Of a stretch of 45,284 nt of DNA, positions 28,484 to 39,600 are shown in pieces. The stretch lies in NCBI GenBank assembly GCA_020722315.1, contig DYLD01000004.1, positions 1 through 45,284 of the forward strand. Direction: 5' to 3'. This DNA comes from Syntrophus aciditrophicus (GTDB lineage: Bacteria > Desulfobacterota > Syntrophia > Syntrophales > UBA5619). Position numbers and translations under genes: made by a program. The notes under the pieces were generated by a model. That model searched no databases and was not told the origin of the DNA. It saw nothing but the letters and a program-made list of their open reading frames with translations. Numbering within the stretch: position 1 is the first letter of the stretch; every line of letters begins with the position of its first letter.

Positions 28484-30949
28484 TTGTTAGGTGCGGGCAT
28501 GGATGCGGTTTTGAAAATCATCGAAAAACTCGAGGCGCCGCTTTCTTTCGTCCAGTGGCATTCGTACAGCCGCCTTAAGTTTGTCGTCGATCTTGACTCG
28601 ACAGTCTTGTCGCTCTTGAATGAGCTGATGAGAGAAATAAGGCGGAGGAAATCCGACCGCCCGAATGAAATAGCATCACAAATAGACGGGATTTCACGGC
28701 TTTTCTCGGATTACCGAAACCTGTCCGCTGAAGAAAAGGTGAAACGCCTGAATCAGGTGAGTATCTCTGTGGCAGGATTAAAAAAAAATTTGTTGCAGAA
28801 ACAAGGAGGTTTAGAAGCTAGAGAAGAAACGGCAAAGGCGGAGACACACCTGGAATATTTTCTTGATGCACCCGTCAGCTCTTTGCCCGGTGTCGGTCCG
28901 AGAACAGCCGCTCTTTTTTCGCGCAAAAATCTGCACACCATAGAAGATTTGCTCTATTTTATTCCCCGTTGCTACGAGGACCGCCGCATTATCTCAATGA
29001 TTGCCGGAACCGTGCCGGGAAAGAGGCAGATCATTGTTGGCAGGGTAGCGCGGGCTGATATGCACTTCTACGGGAGAAGACGGATCTTTGAGGCAATTGT
29101 CGAAGACGCTTCGGGAGCCATCAAGGCGAAGTGGTTCAAAGGGCGTGAATCGTATCTTCGAAACGCCTTCAAGCCGGAAGCGCGTGTCATTCTTGCCGGT
29201 GAGATTGTCGGGTTTCCTTTTGAAAGAGAAATCATCCATCCTGATTTTGAAATTCTAAACGATAATGAAGACCATCTTCTCCATTTTAAGAGAATCGTTC
29301 CAGTTTATTCTGAAACGGAGGGCCTTCCCCAGAAAACAATTCGGAGAATTCTCTGGAACACTGTTCGTGATGTTGCACCGTCCATCCAAAGCCCGATTCC
29401 CCGCTGGATATCTAAGAAACGCTCCCTTATGGACCTTGACAGAGCCATCCGCATGGTCCATTTCCCCGATCATGATCAAAATATTGATTTATACCAGCAG
29501 ATACGCTCGGATGCCCACAGGCGGCTGATTTATGAAGAGCTGTTTTTCCTGCAACTCGGAATGGCGTTGAGAAAGAAGGAAAGGGGCCTGGAGCCAGGAA
29601 TTTCTTTTGACGTCAATCACGAAACGGTAGCGCAGTTTTTTAATAACCTGCCGTTCTCGCTCACGAACGCGCAACGAAGGGTGATAGATGAAATAAAAAA
29701 GGATATGGCCTCCAACGTTCCGATGAACAGACTGCTTCAGGGGGATGTCGGTTCAGGGAAAACGGTTGTTGCGATGTTTGCTATGGTTGTGGCGTGTGCA
29801 GGCGGATATCAGGCGGCAATGATGGTTCCTACCGAGATACTTGCCGAACAACATTTCCGGAATATATCGGGCCTGGCTCAAAAGATCGGAATTCGATGTG
29901 AGCTTTTGACGGGCAGTCTTAAGACACCCGAAAAAAATGAGATTATCAAGGCGATACAAAGCGGGCAGGCACAGCTTATCATTGGGACCCATTCGCTCAT
30001 ACAGGAAAAGGTCGCTTTCTTTAATCTGGGCCTGGCGGTCATCGATGAGCAACACCGTTTCGGCGTTCTCCAAAGGGCGACACTCCGGAAAAAAGGACCG
30101 CTTCCCGACGTACTGATTATGACCGCCACGCCCATTCCCCGCACACTGGCGATGACGGCGTATGGCGATCTTGATGTTTCGGTCATTGATGAACTTCCCC
30201 CGGGGAAAATAGCGCCAAAGACGAAGGTTTATCCGGAATCGCAGAGAGCTAGGGTCTATGAAATCATCCATCGACAAGCAGTCAAAGGCAATCAGGTGTT
30301 TATCATATACCCGCTTGTTGAAATCTCACAGAGCCTTGATTTGAAGGATGCGGTGCGCATGGCGGAACATCTTCAGAGAGATGTTTTCCCCGATTTAAAG
30401 ATCGGTCTGGTCCATGGACGGATGAAGGGAAAAGAAAAAGAAGAAATTATGGACGAATTCGCCAAAAAAAGGATAAACATCCTTGTCGCAACGACCGTCA
30501 TCGAGGTCGGGATCGATATTCCTGCCGCTTCGCTGATCGTGATTGAACACGCGGAGAGATTCGGACTGTCCCAGCTTCATCAATTAAGGGGTCGTGTTGG
30601 AAGGGGAGATGCCCAGTCTTATTGCATACTCCTTGTCTGGAAAACGGCCTCTGAAAATGCCCGTAAACGGCTTCGGATCATGGAAGAAACAGCGGATGGG
30701 TTCAGGATCGCGGAGGAGGATCTCTCTATACGCGGGCCGGGCGAGTTTTTAGGGGTCAGGCAATCGGGGCTTCCCGATTTCAGAATAGCCAATCTCGCCC
30801 GCGACGGGCTTATTCTGTCCGAGGCAAGGCAGGACGCTTTGTCAATCATTAACGATGATCCCCGCCTTGAATCCCCGGCAAACATGAACCTCAGAGAGGA
30901 ACTGATACGAAGGTGGAAAGGTAGACTCGAACTCGGAAGGATCGGATAG
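28484..30949 (+). CDS. recG: ATP-dependent DNA helicase RecG with N-terminal extension
   Basis: QGDVGSGKT, DEQHRFG, MTATPIPRT, HQLRGRVGRG, RGPGE. Start probably ATG 28499. Confidence 0.96.
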   Translation: MLGAGMDAVLKIIEKLEAPLSFVQWHSYSRLKFVVDLDSTVLSLLNELMREIRRRKSDRPNEIASQIDGISRLFSDYRNLSAEEKVKRLNQVSISVAGLKKNLLQKQGGLEAREETAKAETHLEYFLDAPVSSLPGVGPRTAALFSRKNLHTIEDLLYFIPRCYEDRRIISMIAGTVPGKRQIIVGRVARADMHFYGRRRIFEAIVEDASGAIKAKWFKGRESYLRNAFKPEARVILAGEIVGFPFEREIIHPDFEILNDNEDHLLHFKRIVPVYSETEGLPQKTIRRILWNTVRDVAPSIQSPIPRWISKKRSLMDLDRAIRMVHFPDHDQNIDLYQQIRSDAHRRLIYEELFFLQLGMALRKKERGLEPGISFDVNHETVAQFFNNLPFSLTNAQRRVIDEIKKDMASNVPMNRLLQGDVGSGKTVVAMFAMVVACAGGYQAAMMVPTEILAEQHFRNISGLAQKIGIRCELLTGSLKTPEKNEIIKAIQSGQAQLIIGTHSLIQEKVAFFNLGLAVIDEQHRFGVLQRATLRKKGPLPDVLIMTATPIPRTLAMTAYGDLDVSVIDELPPGKIAPKTKVYPESQRARVYEIIHRQAVKGNQVFIIYPLVEISQSLDLKDAVRMAEHLQRDVFPDLKIGLVHGRMKGKEKEEIMDEFAKKRINILVATTVIEVGIDIPAASLIVIEHAERFGLSQLHQLRGRVGRGDAQSYCILLVWKTASENARKRLRIMEETADGFRIAEEDLSIRGPGEFLGVRQSGLPDFRIANLARDGLILSEARQDALSIINDDPRLESPANMNLREELIRRWKGRLELGRIG

Positions 30950-31162
30950 ATTTTGTTCTTCGCACATTTCGTAACGTCTCCAAAAACTGCTAAATTCCTT
31001 TGACAAAATCGTTTCTGTTGATGTAAGTAGCACTGTGGTTGTCTTGTAGCTTGGTTTGGGTTCGTTGCAGACAAAATCCCCCAGACAAACGAAATCTTTT
31101 AACATTTTTTACCGACTGTTCTGGGGACTTATGAATAGAAAAAACGAAACGGGAGAAAAAAA

Positions 31163-32479
31163 ATGAAAAGGGTCATTAACCTGGGATTGATAGGTTTTGG
31201 AACGATCGGCACAGGTGTCGTAAGGCTCCTGCAGGCAAACGGAGAGCTGATTGCCGAGAGGTTGGGTGCAAAGCTGAATCTGAAAAGAATTGCGGATCTT
31301 GACATCGTCAGGTCAAGAGGCGTCAGCGTTCCCGAAGGGGTTTTAACGACCAGGGCTGATGATATTCTTAATGACCCTGAAATTGACATAGTTATTGAAC
31401 TGATGGGTGGATATGAGCCTGCCCGGACTTTCATCTTGAAAGCAATTGACAACAATAAACACGTCTGTACGGCCAACAAGGCCCTTTTGGCCGCCCACGG
31501 GGATGAACTGTTCAAAAGCGCAAATAAAAAAGGGATCAATATCGGCTTTGAGGCAAGTGTGGGAGGGACAATTCCTGTTATCAAGACGATAAAGGAAAGC
31601 CTGATCGCGAACCGTATCGAATCGATTGCGGCAATTGTCAACGGAACCTCAAACTATATCCTGAGTAAAATGACCGATGAAGGTGGTTCTTTTCAGGATG
31701 TCCTCAAAGAGGCTCAATCACTGGGATTTGCCGAGGCGGATCCTACCTTTGACATTGAGGGGATAGACGCCTTACACAAACTGGCAATTCTACTTTCTCT
31801 TTCCTACGGCGGAAAGGTTCATTTGAATGATCTGCACCGTGAAGGGATATCGACAATAACCGAGCAGGATATTGCGTTTGCGAAGGAACTCGGATACAGG
31901 ATTAAACTGCTGGCTTTGGCGATCCGTCGCGGCCGAAAGATTGAAGCAAGACTCCACCCGACGATGATCCCGCTCGATCATATCCTAGCCAATGTAAACA
32001 GCAATTTCAATGCGTTTCATATTATCGGTAATGCGTCGGACTCTGTTTTTCTCTACGGTCAGGGGGCGGGCATGATGCCGACTGCAAGCGCCGTTCTCGG
32101 TGATGTTGTCGATATTTCAAGAGATTTACTGAAGGGAATTGCGGGGCGGGTCCCTCCGAGGGTTCTTGATGAAGAGAAGATCCAGGAAATAGCACTATTG
32201 CCGTTCGCTGATGTCACGACCAACTACTATTTCCGTTTTTCCGCCGTCGATCGTCCCGGTGTCTTGTCGCGGATAGCCGGAATCCTTGGAAAAAACAATA
32301 TCAGCATTGCGGCGGTGATTCAGAAGGGACGGAAGGAAAACGGGGCCGTGCCGATTGTTATGACGACCTACAAGGCCAGGGAAAGGGACGTTCAGAAGGC
32401 CCTCGGTCAAATCGACAGGCTTGATGTGGTGATGGGAAAGACAATGCTGATACGGATAGAGGACAAGAAGCTGTCATGA
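31163..32479 (+). CDS. hom: Homoserine dehydrogenase with C-terminal ACT domain
   Basis: GFGTIG, TANK, EASVGG.IP, NGTSNYIL, AEADP, GAG..PTASAV, DRPGVL. Confidence 0.95.
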   Translation: MKRVINLGLIGFGTIGTGVVRLLQANGELIAERLGAKLNLKRIADLDIVRSRGVSVPEGVLTTRADDILNDPEIDIVIELMGGYEPARTFILKAIDNNKHVCTANKALLAAHGDELFKSANKKGINIGFEASVGGTIPVIKTIKESLIANRIESIAAIVNGTSNYILSKMTDEGGSFQDVLKEAQSLGFAEADPTFDIEGIDALHKLAILLSLSYGGKVHLNDLHREGISTITEQDIAFAKELGYRIKLLALAIRRGRKIEARLHPTMIPLDHILANVNSNFNAFHIIGNASDSVFLYGQGAGMMPTASAVLGDVVDISRDLLKGIAGRVPPRVLDEEKIQEIALLPFADVTTNYYFRFSAVDRPGVLSRIAGILGKNNISIAAVIQKGRKENGAVPIVMTTYKARERDVQKALGQIDRLDVVMGKTMLIRIEDKKLS

Positions 32480-33693
32480 AATATATTATTTTATTGGCCG
32501 ACGGAATGGCCGATTTTCCTGTTGATTCGCTGGACCAAAAAACGCCGCTTGAATACGCAAACACGCCGAATATGGACAGAATCGCCTCACGGGGGATCAT
32601 TAGCCTTATACACACAATTCCGGACGGGCTTCCGCCCGGCAGCGATGTCGCAAACCTCGCCGTTCTGGGTTATGATTCCCGCCTTTTTTATACGGGCAGG
32701 GCGCCATTCGAGGCGGCAAGCATGGGGATCGCGCTTTCTAAAGAAGATGTTGCCTTTAGATGCAACCTGGTTACGTTGGGCAATTCCATTGACCCGGTGA
32801 TGGAAGATTTTACGGCCGGTCATATCTCTTCCCAAGAAGCCAAACAGATCATGGCCGATATGAATGCGGCGGTAAAATCGGACGATTTTCGTTTCTACCC
32901 CGGTGTCGGCTATAGGAATCTTCTTTTGTGGAAGCGGGGAAAAGAAAGGTTAAAAACCACGCCGCCGCATGATATAACCGGCAAAAGGATTGCGCCATAC
33001 CTTCCTGAGGGCGAGGACGCGCCCGCGATCAGAAGTCTGATGACGCTTTCCCATGAGGTGCTTAAAGACCATCCTGTCAACAGGGAAAGAGTATCCAAGG
33101 GTCTAAAACCGGCAAGCTCGATATGGCTCTGGGGGCAGGGTAGGGCGCCTAATGTTCAGAAATTCAGGGACAGATTTCATATAAACGGCGGCATGATATC
33201 CGCAGTAGATCTGTTAAACGGCATTGCGGTAAGCACAGGGCTGGAGTTACTGAAGGTGGAAGGGGCAACCGGTTACACGGATACGAATTATCTCGGAAAG
33301 GCCAAAAAGGCCCTTTGGGCCCTCGAACATCTCGATTTTGTCTTCCTCCACGTTGAGGCGACCGATGAAATGGGCCATGAGGGAAACGTTGAGGGAAAGG
33401 TAAAGGCGATTGAGGATTTCGACCAAAAGGTAGTGGGAACTGTTCTGGACGGATTGCCTTCTTTGGGCGAGTACAGGGTGGCGGTCTTAAGCGATCATCC
33501 CACGCCGATCGTTCTGAAGACACACATCTCGGATCCGAGTCCACTTGCCCTTTTGTCTTCCCGTTCGCAGGAGAACCAAAATAGAGGAATCGCATTCGGG
33601 GAGAAGGCTGCCAGGATGTCAGGCAACCTTGTTTCACCGGGTTTTAGGTTTATGGAACATTTTATCGGCGATCTGAGGACGCTCTTTGGATAA
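32476..33693 (+). CDS. apgM: ApgM-family cofactor-independent phosphoglycerate mutase, proposed homoserine kinase type
   Basis: DGMAD, TPLE.A.TPNMD, PGSDVAN, GRAPFEA, DEMGH, SDHPTP; ATGA overlap with hom. Confidence 0.85.
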   Translation: MKYIILLADGMADFPVDSLDQKTPLEYANTPNMDRIASRGIISLIHTIPDGLPPGSDVANLAVLGYDSRLFYTGRAPFEAASMGIALSKEDVAFRCNLVTLGNSIDPVMEDFTAGHISSQEAKQIMADMNAAVKSDDFRFYPGVGYRNLLLWKRGKERLKTTPPHDITGKRIAPYLPEGEDAPAIRSLMTLSHEVLKDHPVNRERVSKGLKPASSIWLWGQGRAPNVQKFRDRFHINGGMISAVDLLNGIAVSTGLELLKVEGATGYTDTNYLGKAKKALWALEHLDFVFLHVEATDEMGHEGNVEGKVKAIEDFDQKVVGTVLDGLPSLGEYRVAVLSDHPTPIVLKTHISDPSPLALLSSRSQENQNRGIAFGEKAARMSGNLVSPGFRFMEHFIGDLRTLFG

Positions 33694-34135
33694 GAACCTT
33701 GTAAAGATCAGGGTGATTTACGCGGATACGGATGCGATGGGCATCGTTTATCACACCAATTACATCAAATGGTTCGAGATCGGAAGAACCGAGCTTTTCC
33801 GCGATAGAGGACTTCTTTACAAAGATGTCGAACACTTGGGATACGCACTGCCGTTGACACAGGTCTTTTGTCATTACTATTGGCCGGCGAGATACGATGA
33901 TATCGTTCTTTTAGAGACGCGGATCGCGTTTGTTAAACGCGCCAGCATGAAATTTGCTTATCGGATATGGGATGAAAAGAACGAAAAATTGCTTGTCGAA
34001 GGGTCGACTGTTCATGCCTGCACGGATAGAACGGGAAAGATCGTCCGTATCCCGTTGCTTATAATGGATAAAATTGAAAAGGTAAATTCAGGATTGAAGG
34101 AGAGAAGGTTACGACATGGCGAAAAAATTGGATAA
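33686..34135 (+). CDS. YbgC/4HBT-family acyl-CoA thioesterase
   Basis: RVIYADTDAMGIVYHTNY..WFE.GR, PARYDD. Confidence 0.9.
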   Translation: MDKNLVKIRVIYADTDAMGIVYHTNYIKWFEIGRTELFRDRGLLYKDVEHLGYALPLTQVFCHYYWPARYDDIVLLETRIAFVKRASMKFAYRIWDEKNEKLLVEGSTVHACTDRTGKIVRIPLLIMDKIEKVNSGLKERRLRHGEKIG

Positions 34136-34784
34136 GAAAATCCTTGAAGAACCCGATGCGCTTACGTTGTTTTTTGCCCACGCGAGAGTATTTATAGAAA
34201 CCAACCGCAAGAAAATATATTTTGGATCCGCCATATTGCTCGGCATTTTTATTCTGGCGGCAGGGTTTTATATGTATCACACCCACTACGAAACAAAGGC
34301 CATTGAGTTTTATAATAAGACGTTGAACGGCAACATGGCCTCTGCAGAAAAAGGCGAGGAAGCCGTGAAGAACCTCAAGGATCTGATTGCAAAATATCCC
34401 CGCAGCAACGCGGCCACGCTTGGATACTACAGGTTGGGGAGTTTATATGACAGACAGAACAAAACCGATGAGGCTATTTCATGCTATTTGGAATTCGTCA
34501 AACGCTCCTCACCCGAAAGCGATCTGGTTACGCTGGCCTACAGTTCTCTTGGGGCACTGGAGGAACAGAAAAAAAATCTAAAGAAGGCTCTCGAGTATTA
34601 TGAAATGGCAATGAAAACCAAAACGGCCTCGTCGTTTGAAGGGCTGAATTTCCAAAACATGGCCAGAATCTACGAGGCGATGAATGACACAGGGAAAGCG
34701 GGGGAGTTTTACAAAAAGGCGTTGTCGAAGACCTCCGATCCCATTATGACGTTAATGATAAAAAGAAAATTGTCTCATTTGTAA
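34116..34784 (+). CDS. Membrane-anchored TPR protein, YfgM-like
   Basis: Single TM helix near the N-terminus followed by TPR-like helical repeats. Confidence 0.8.
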   Translation: MAKKLDKKILEEPDALTLFFAHARVFIETNRKKIYFGSAILLGIFILAAGFYMYHTHYETKAIEFYNKTLNGNMASAEKGEEAVKNLKDLIAKYPRSNAATLGYYRLGSLYDRQNKTDEAISCYLEFVKRSSPESDLVTLAYSSLGALEEQKKNLKKALEYYEMAMKTKTASSFEGLNFQNMARIYEAMNDTGKAGEFYKKALSKTSDPIMTLMIKRKLSHL

Positions 34785-34865
34785 CAAAAAACTCAGCGGT
34801 GTATCGTTTGGGCCTGTCTGATGGATGGCTTTGAAGGATGCTGATTGTGATGAGGGACATAGCAG

Positions 34866-35792
34866 ATGGCGGATGATTATTATAAAATACTGGGGATAGA
34901 GAAAAATGCCGATCAGGAAGAGATAAAGAAGGCGTACCGCAAACTGGCATTAAAATATCATCCCGACCGGAATCCGAATAACCGGGAAGCCGAGGAAAAA
35001 TTCAAGAAAATCAGCGAGGCCTATGCGGTCCTCAGTGATGGTGAAAAGCGTAAACAATACGATACGTTCGGATCCGATCAATTCAGTCAGCGTTACAGCC
35101 AGGAGGACATCTTCAGAAATGTCGATCTGAATGAAATACTCAGGGGTTTTGGTTTCGGGAGTTTTCGCGGAGGTTCCAGAAGAGGCGGATTCACGTTTTC
35201 AACTGGCAGCGATCCCTTTGCAGATTTGTTTCGTGGAGGACAAACCTATTACAATGTACCGGAAAAAGGCGAGGATCTGGTATATAACCTCTCTATAACA
35301 CTCGAAGAAGCAGTGTCGGGGGCAGAAAAAAAGATTTCGTTGCGCAGCGGGCGCGATATCAATGAAATCACCGTAAAGATCCCCAAAGGCATCAATACGG
35401 GTAAAAAACTCAGGGTTGCCGGTAAGGGATATCCTGGAAGGAATAACGGACCCAGCGGAGATTTGTATCTGAATATCACAGTTTTGCCTCATCCGATTTT
35501 TGCCAGGGACGGCAACGACATATACATAGAGAAAGCGATTTCGTTTTCCCAGGCGGTTCTCGGATGCAGTATTGAAGTCCCGACAATCGAGGGATCGCTG
35601 AAGAGAATCAAGATTCCGGCCGGAACCCAGTGCGGCACAAAGATACGAATGAAAGGCTACGGTGTACCTGCGCTCAAGGGGTCAGGTTCGGCCAACGGGG
35701 ACCAATTCGTAAAGGTCACCGTGAGCGTTCCTAAAAAGCTGTCCGGTAACCAGTTGAATGTTATCAAAAAACTGGCCGAGGAAGGCCTCTGA
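34866..35792 (+). CDS. DnaJ class B / CbpA-like co-chaperone
   Basis: J domain with HPD, G/F-rich linker and C-terminal domain; no CxxCxGxG zinc fingers. Confidence 0.92.
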   Translation: MADDYYKILGIEKNADQEEIKKAYRKLALKYHPDRNPNNREAEEKFKKISEAYAVLSDGEKRKQYDTFGSDQFSQRYSQEDIFRNVDLNEILRGFGFGSFRGGSRRGGFTFSTGSDPFADLFRGGQTYYNVPEKGEDLVYNLSITLEEAVSGAEKKISLRSGRDINEITVKIPKGINTGKKLRVAGKGYPGRNNGPSGDLYLNITVLPHPIFARDGNDIYIEKAISFSQAVLGCSIEVPTIEGSLKRIKIPAGTQCGTKIRMKGYGVPALKGSGSANGDQFVKVTVSVPKKLSGNQLNVIKKLAEEGL

Positions 35793-35793
35793 T

Positions 35794-35821
35794 TATGCCT
35801 ATAAGATATGTTATGTAAACT
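35794..35821 (+). other. dif: dif-like XerC/XerD recombination site
   Basis: TATGCCTATAA-GATATG-TTATGTAAACT has the 11-6-11 layout with ATAA/TTAT inner dyad and a XerD arm close to E. coli TTATGTTAAAT; intergenic between convergent genes. Confidence 0.82.
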
Positions 35822-35863
35822 TAAAGTCTTTCAAGAAGGCGAACGATCCCAGAGTGAGACCTT

Positions 35864-36604
35864 TTAAATTTCTTTGAGTTCGATGTCCCCGATTGCACCC
35901 AGACGATTTCCGAGAATGATCACGACGCCCCGAACCCCCTTTATGCCGATGCCGTAGTTCAATGCGTCTTTCAGGTCGCTTTTTCTCTGAATTCTATTTC
36001 CTACTGCGGTCGCTGCCGCGTCGGCTATTGCCGCAGATTCGGCTTTTACACAGGCCGCATCGGCACGGCCAAAACTCAGCGAATGGCCGACAGTCCCTGA
36101 AGATGTGCTGATTCCCAGCGGCGTTTCTTCTTTTTTTACGTATATCGCGACCTGCTCGCTCAACGTGGATTTCCCTGCGAACACGCCTACCTGAAGTTCC
36201 GTGTCGGTCTTCATAAAAATATCGCCGCCGTTTTCTACTATTACGTTCTGGGAGTGTTTGAGCAATTCCCTTCCGACATGATCGGCGATCGCCCCGGCAA
36301 CAGAAGCCATCGGTCCGACCCCGGCCAGACTGGAGGCGGCAAGCATTTCGCGAACGACTGGTGGTGCCATGAAATCGAACGTCATCGGCACAAGAGAGGT
36401 TAGAAAACCGGGATGATTGTTAATATATGACTCAATCGATGAGCGGATTTGAAACAGTGTTTCTGTTGCCTCAGTGTGAAGGTCGCAATCGGCGCTTATC
36501 CACAGATCGGATTCCTTGAGGATTACGTTGAAAGATACCAGGTTGTTTTGTACGGTCCTGCCGCGATAATCCCTTATAAGATAGTCTGCCGCTCTTTTCT
36601 TCAT
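35864..36604 (-). CDS. UPF0280 (ApbE-superfamily) protein
   Basis: ESDL, GVGPMASVAGAIAD, VENGGDIF, TSSGTVGHSLSFG.ADA, ADAAATA. Confidence 0.9.
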   Translation of the reverse strand: MKKRAADYLIRDYRGRTVQNNLVSFNVILKESDLWISADCDLHTEATETLFQIRSSIESYINNHPGFLTSLVPMTFDFMAPPVVREMLAASSLAGVGPMASVAGAIADHVGRELLKHSQNVIVENGGDIFMKTDTELQVGVFAGKSTLSEQVAIYVKKEETPLGISTSSGTVGHSLSFGRADAACVKAESAAIADAAATAVGNRIQRKSDLKDALNYGIGIKGVRGVVIILGNRLGAIGDIELKEI

Positions 36605-36615
36605 GGAACAGGTAA

Positions 36616-39600
36616 TTATACAAAAGAGATAGATCCGGAACCGAGTATTGTTTCAACCTCTGATTTCATCGTCGGTGAAATATCAATTTTCATGTCATCT
36701 CCGAGGTAAATCAGTGTTTCGCATTGCCGATCGAGCAGTTTTATGAAAACTTCCTGTCTCCCTGCATACTTGGCCAAACATTCTCTAAGTGATTTCACGT
36801 CATCGACGGTTGTTTTTTTCGTGTTTATCGTGAAGTATGCCGCACTGTAGGTTTTCGTTGAAACGTCTGCGAGGGACGAGATTTCCGACGCAATCACCTT
36901 TATATTTTCGTCCCCTGCATCAACAAGACCCTTTATGACAATAGGTTTATCTTCATGTAATAGATTATGGTTGTTTTTATATATATCCGGAAACACAACA
37001 ATATTTATTGAACCTTTCAAATCTTCCAGCACCAGCGATGCCATCTTTTCCTTCCGTTTTGTCTGGATCTCCCGGATGCTGCTTACCGTGCCTGCTATTG
37101 TGACAGATTCGCGATCCCTTCTGTGAACGACGGTTGACGAATCAGCCGTCACGATCATATTCAGACGCGCTGTATAAGGCAATAGAGGATGGCCGCTGAG
37201 GTAAAACCCGATCGTTTCTTTTTCAAAACCGAGCAGTTCGTTATTGTCCCATTCGGGAATATCCGGCAACATGTATCCATTCTGGTTGTTGCTGCCACCG
37301 GCCTGCTCCCCCCCTTCAAGCTGTTCCAGGAGGTTTGCCTGGGTGCTTGCCTTTTCCCGGCGCCGTTTTTGAGTCCATTCGATAATCGCCTCGTAGGACG
37401 TCATCAACTGACGGCGGTTATTGCCTGTTGAATCGAAGGCCCCGCATTTGATCAGGCTTTCGATGACTCTCTTATTGATTTTTCGCAAATCTATGCGATC
37501 GCAGAAATCCACGAAGGACGGAAACGGTCCGCCGGTATTTCTTGCCTGAATGATCGCTTCGATCGCCCCTACCCCGACGTTCTTCACGGCCGCGAGGCCG
37601 AAACGGATGTGATTCCCAACAACGCTAAAATCCTTTCCGGATTCGTTGATATCCGGTGGAAGAACCTTGATACCCATTTCCCGGCAGCTACTTATATGAT
37701 TGATAATCTTGTCGCGGTTGTCCTTTTCGCTGGTCAAAAGCGCCGCCATAAACTCCGCCGGGTAATGGGCTTTCAGGTAAGCGGTTTGATAAGAAACGAT
37801 TGCGTATGCGGTGCTGTGCGATTTATTGAAGCCGTATTTCCCGAACGTTTCCATCTGTTCCCAGATTTTCAATGCCTTCCGTTCGGGGATGTTATTGCTC
37901 TTGGCTCCGGCAATAAATTTCGGCTTTTCCCTCGATTCCATTTCGTCGGTTTTTTTCTTGCTCATCACCTTGCGGAGCGTATCCGCCTCGGACAGCGTAT
38001 AACCACCGATCGCAACGGCGATCTGCATAACCTGCTCCTGGTAAACGATCACACCGTACGTTTCCTTCAGAATCGCTTCAAGTTCCGGAGTTTCATAAAT
38101 AATTTTGGTTTTACCCTGTTTTCTCGAGATAAACTCGGGGATGTTGTCCATGGGTCCCGGCCGGTAGAGTGCAATCAGCGCAATGATATCTTCGATACAG
38201 TCGGGTTTCATTTTTACAAGAACATCCTTCATCCCGGAGCTTTCCAGTTGAAAGATCCCGTCCGTGTCGCCGCGGATTAGCATCTCGTAGGTTTGGCGAT
38301 CATCAAGGGGAAGGTTATCCATATCCAGCGAAATCCCCCTACCCTCTTTGATATAGCGGACGGCGCTGTTGATTACGGTCAGCGTCTTGAGTCCAAGAAA
38401 GTCGAATTTCGTCAGTCCGATGTCGGATATCTCATTCATTGCGAACTGTGTCACAACATCGCCCTTGGGGCTTCTGGCCAGCGGGATCCTTTCGACAAGC
38501 GGGATGTCTGAAATAACAACCCCTGCCGCATGCGTTGACGAGTGCCGGTTCAATCCCTCCAGCTTTTTCGAAAGATCGATGAGTTTTTTTATCTGGGGGT
38601 TATTTTTCTGCTCATCCTTCAGGCGCTGCTCTGTTTTGATTGCGTCTTCGAGTTTGATGTTCAGAACATTTGGGATCAATTTGGCGATTCGGTCAACTTC
38701 GCCGTAAGCCATTCCCATCGCCCTGCCCACATCCCGGATCACAGCCCTGGCCTGCATCTTTCCAAACGTGATGATCTGGGATACCTTGTCGGCTCCGTAT
38801 TTATTCGTCACGTAACTGATGATCTGATCCCTTCCCTCCGGACAGAAGTCGGTATCGATGTCGGGCATGCTGATCCTGTCCGGATTGAGGAACCGTTCGA
38901 AAAACAGGCTGTATCGAATCGGGTCAATCTTTGTAATTCCGATTGCATAGGCGACAAGACTCCCCGCCGCTGATCCCCTTCCGGGCCCCACGGGGATATT
39001 GTTTTGTCTTGCGTGTTCAATAAAGTCCGCCACAATCAAAAAATAGCCGGAAAAGCCCATCGAGCGAATCATCGCCAGTTCCCGTGCCAGCCTCTTTCTG
39101 TAGGTTTCTTCGAGGTCTTTCTTTTCGTCGCGAAGCAGCTTCGGAAGCAACACTTCTAGACCTTCCGTCGCCTTTTTTTCCAGCAGTCTATCAAGGTTTT
39201 CATCTGTGCCGACCTCAAAGGTCGGCAGGTAAAACTTGCCTAATTCCAGCGAAAGATTGCATCTTTCCGCAATCTTTGCCGTGTTTTCTATTGCTTCGGG
39301 GCAGTAGGAAAACAGCTCTTTCATCTCTTCGGGAGAACGGAAGTAGAACTGGTCCGTAGAAAAACGCATCCGATCGGTGTCTTTTAAGGTTTTTCCTGTT
39401 TGAATGCACAAAAGCACCTCATGCGCCTCGGCGTCCTCCCGGTTGAGATAATGGCAGTCGTTTGTTGCAACCAGAGGGATCTGCAGCTTGCGGCCGATTT
39501 CAATGAGAGCCTGATTTACCCTTTTCTGTTCGGGGATCCCGTTTTCCATGATTTCGAGAAAGAAATTCCCTTCGCCGAAGATCTCGCTGTATTGCCGGGC

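Noticed and set aside
37609-38280. 223-aa plus-strand ORF and similar short ORFs inside dnaE
   Set aside because: Antisense to a highly conserved gene; no independent support
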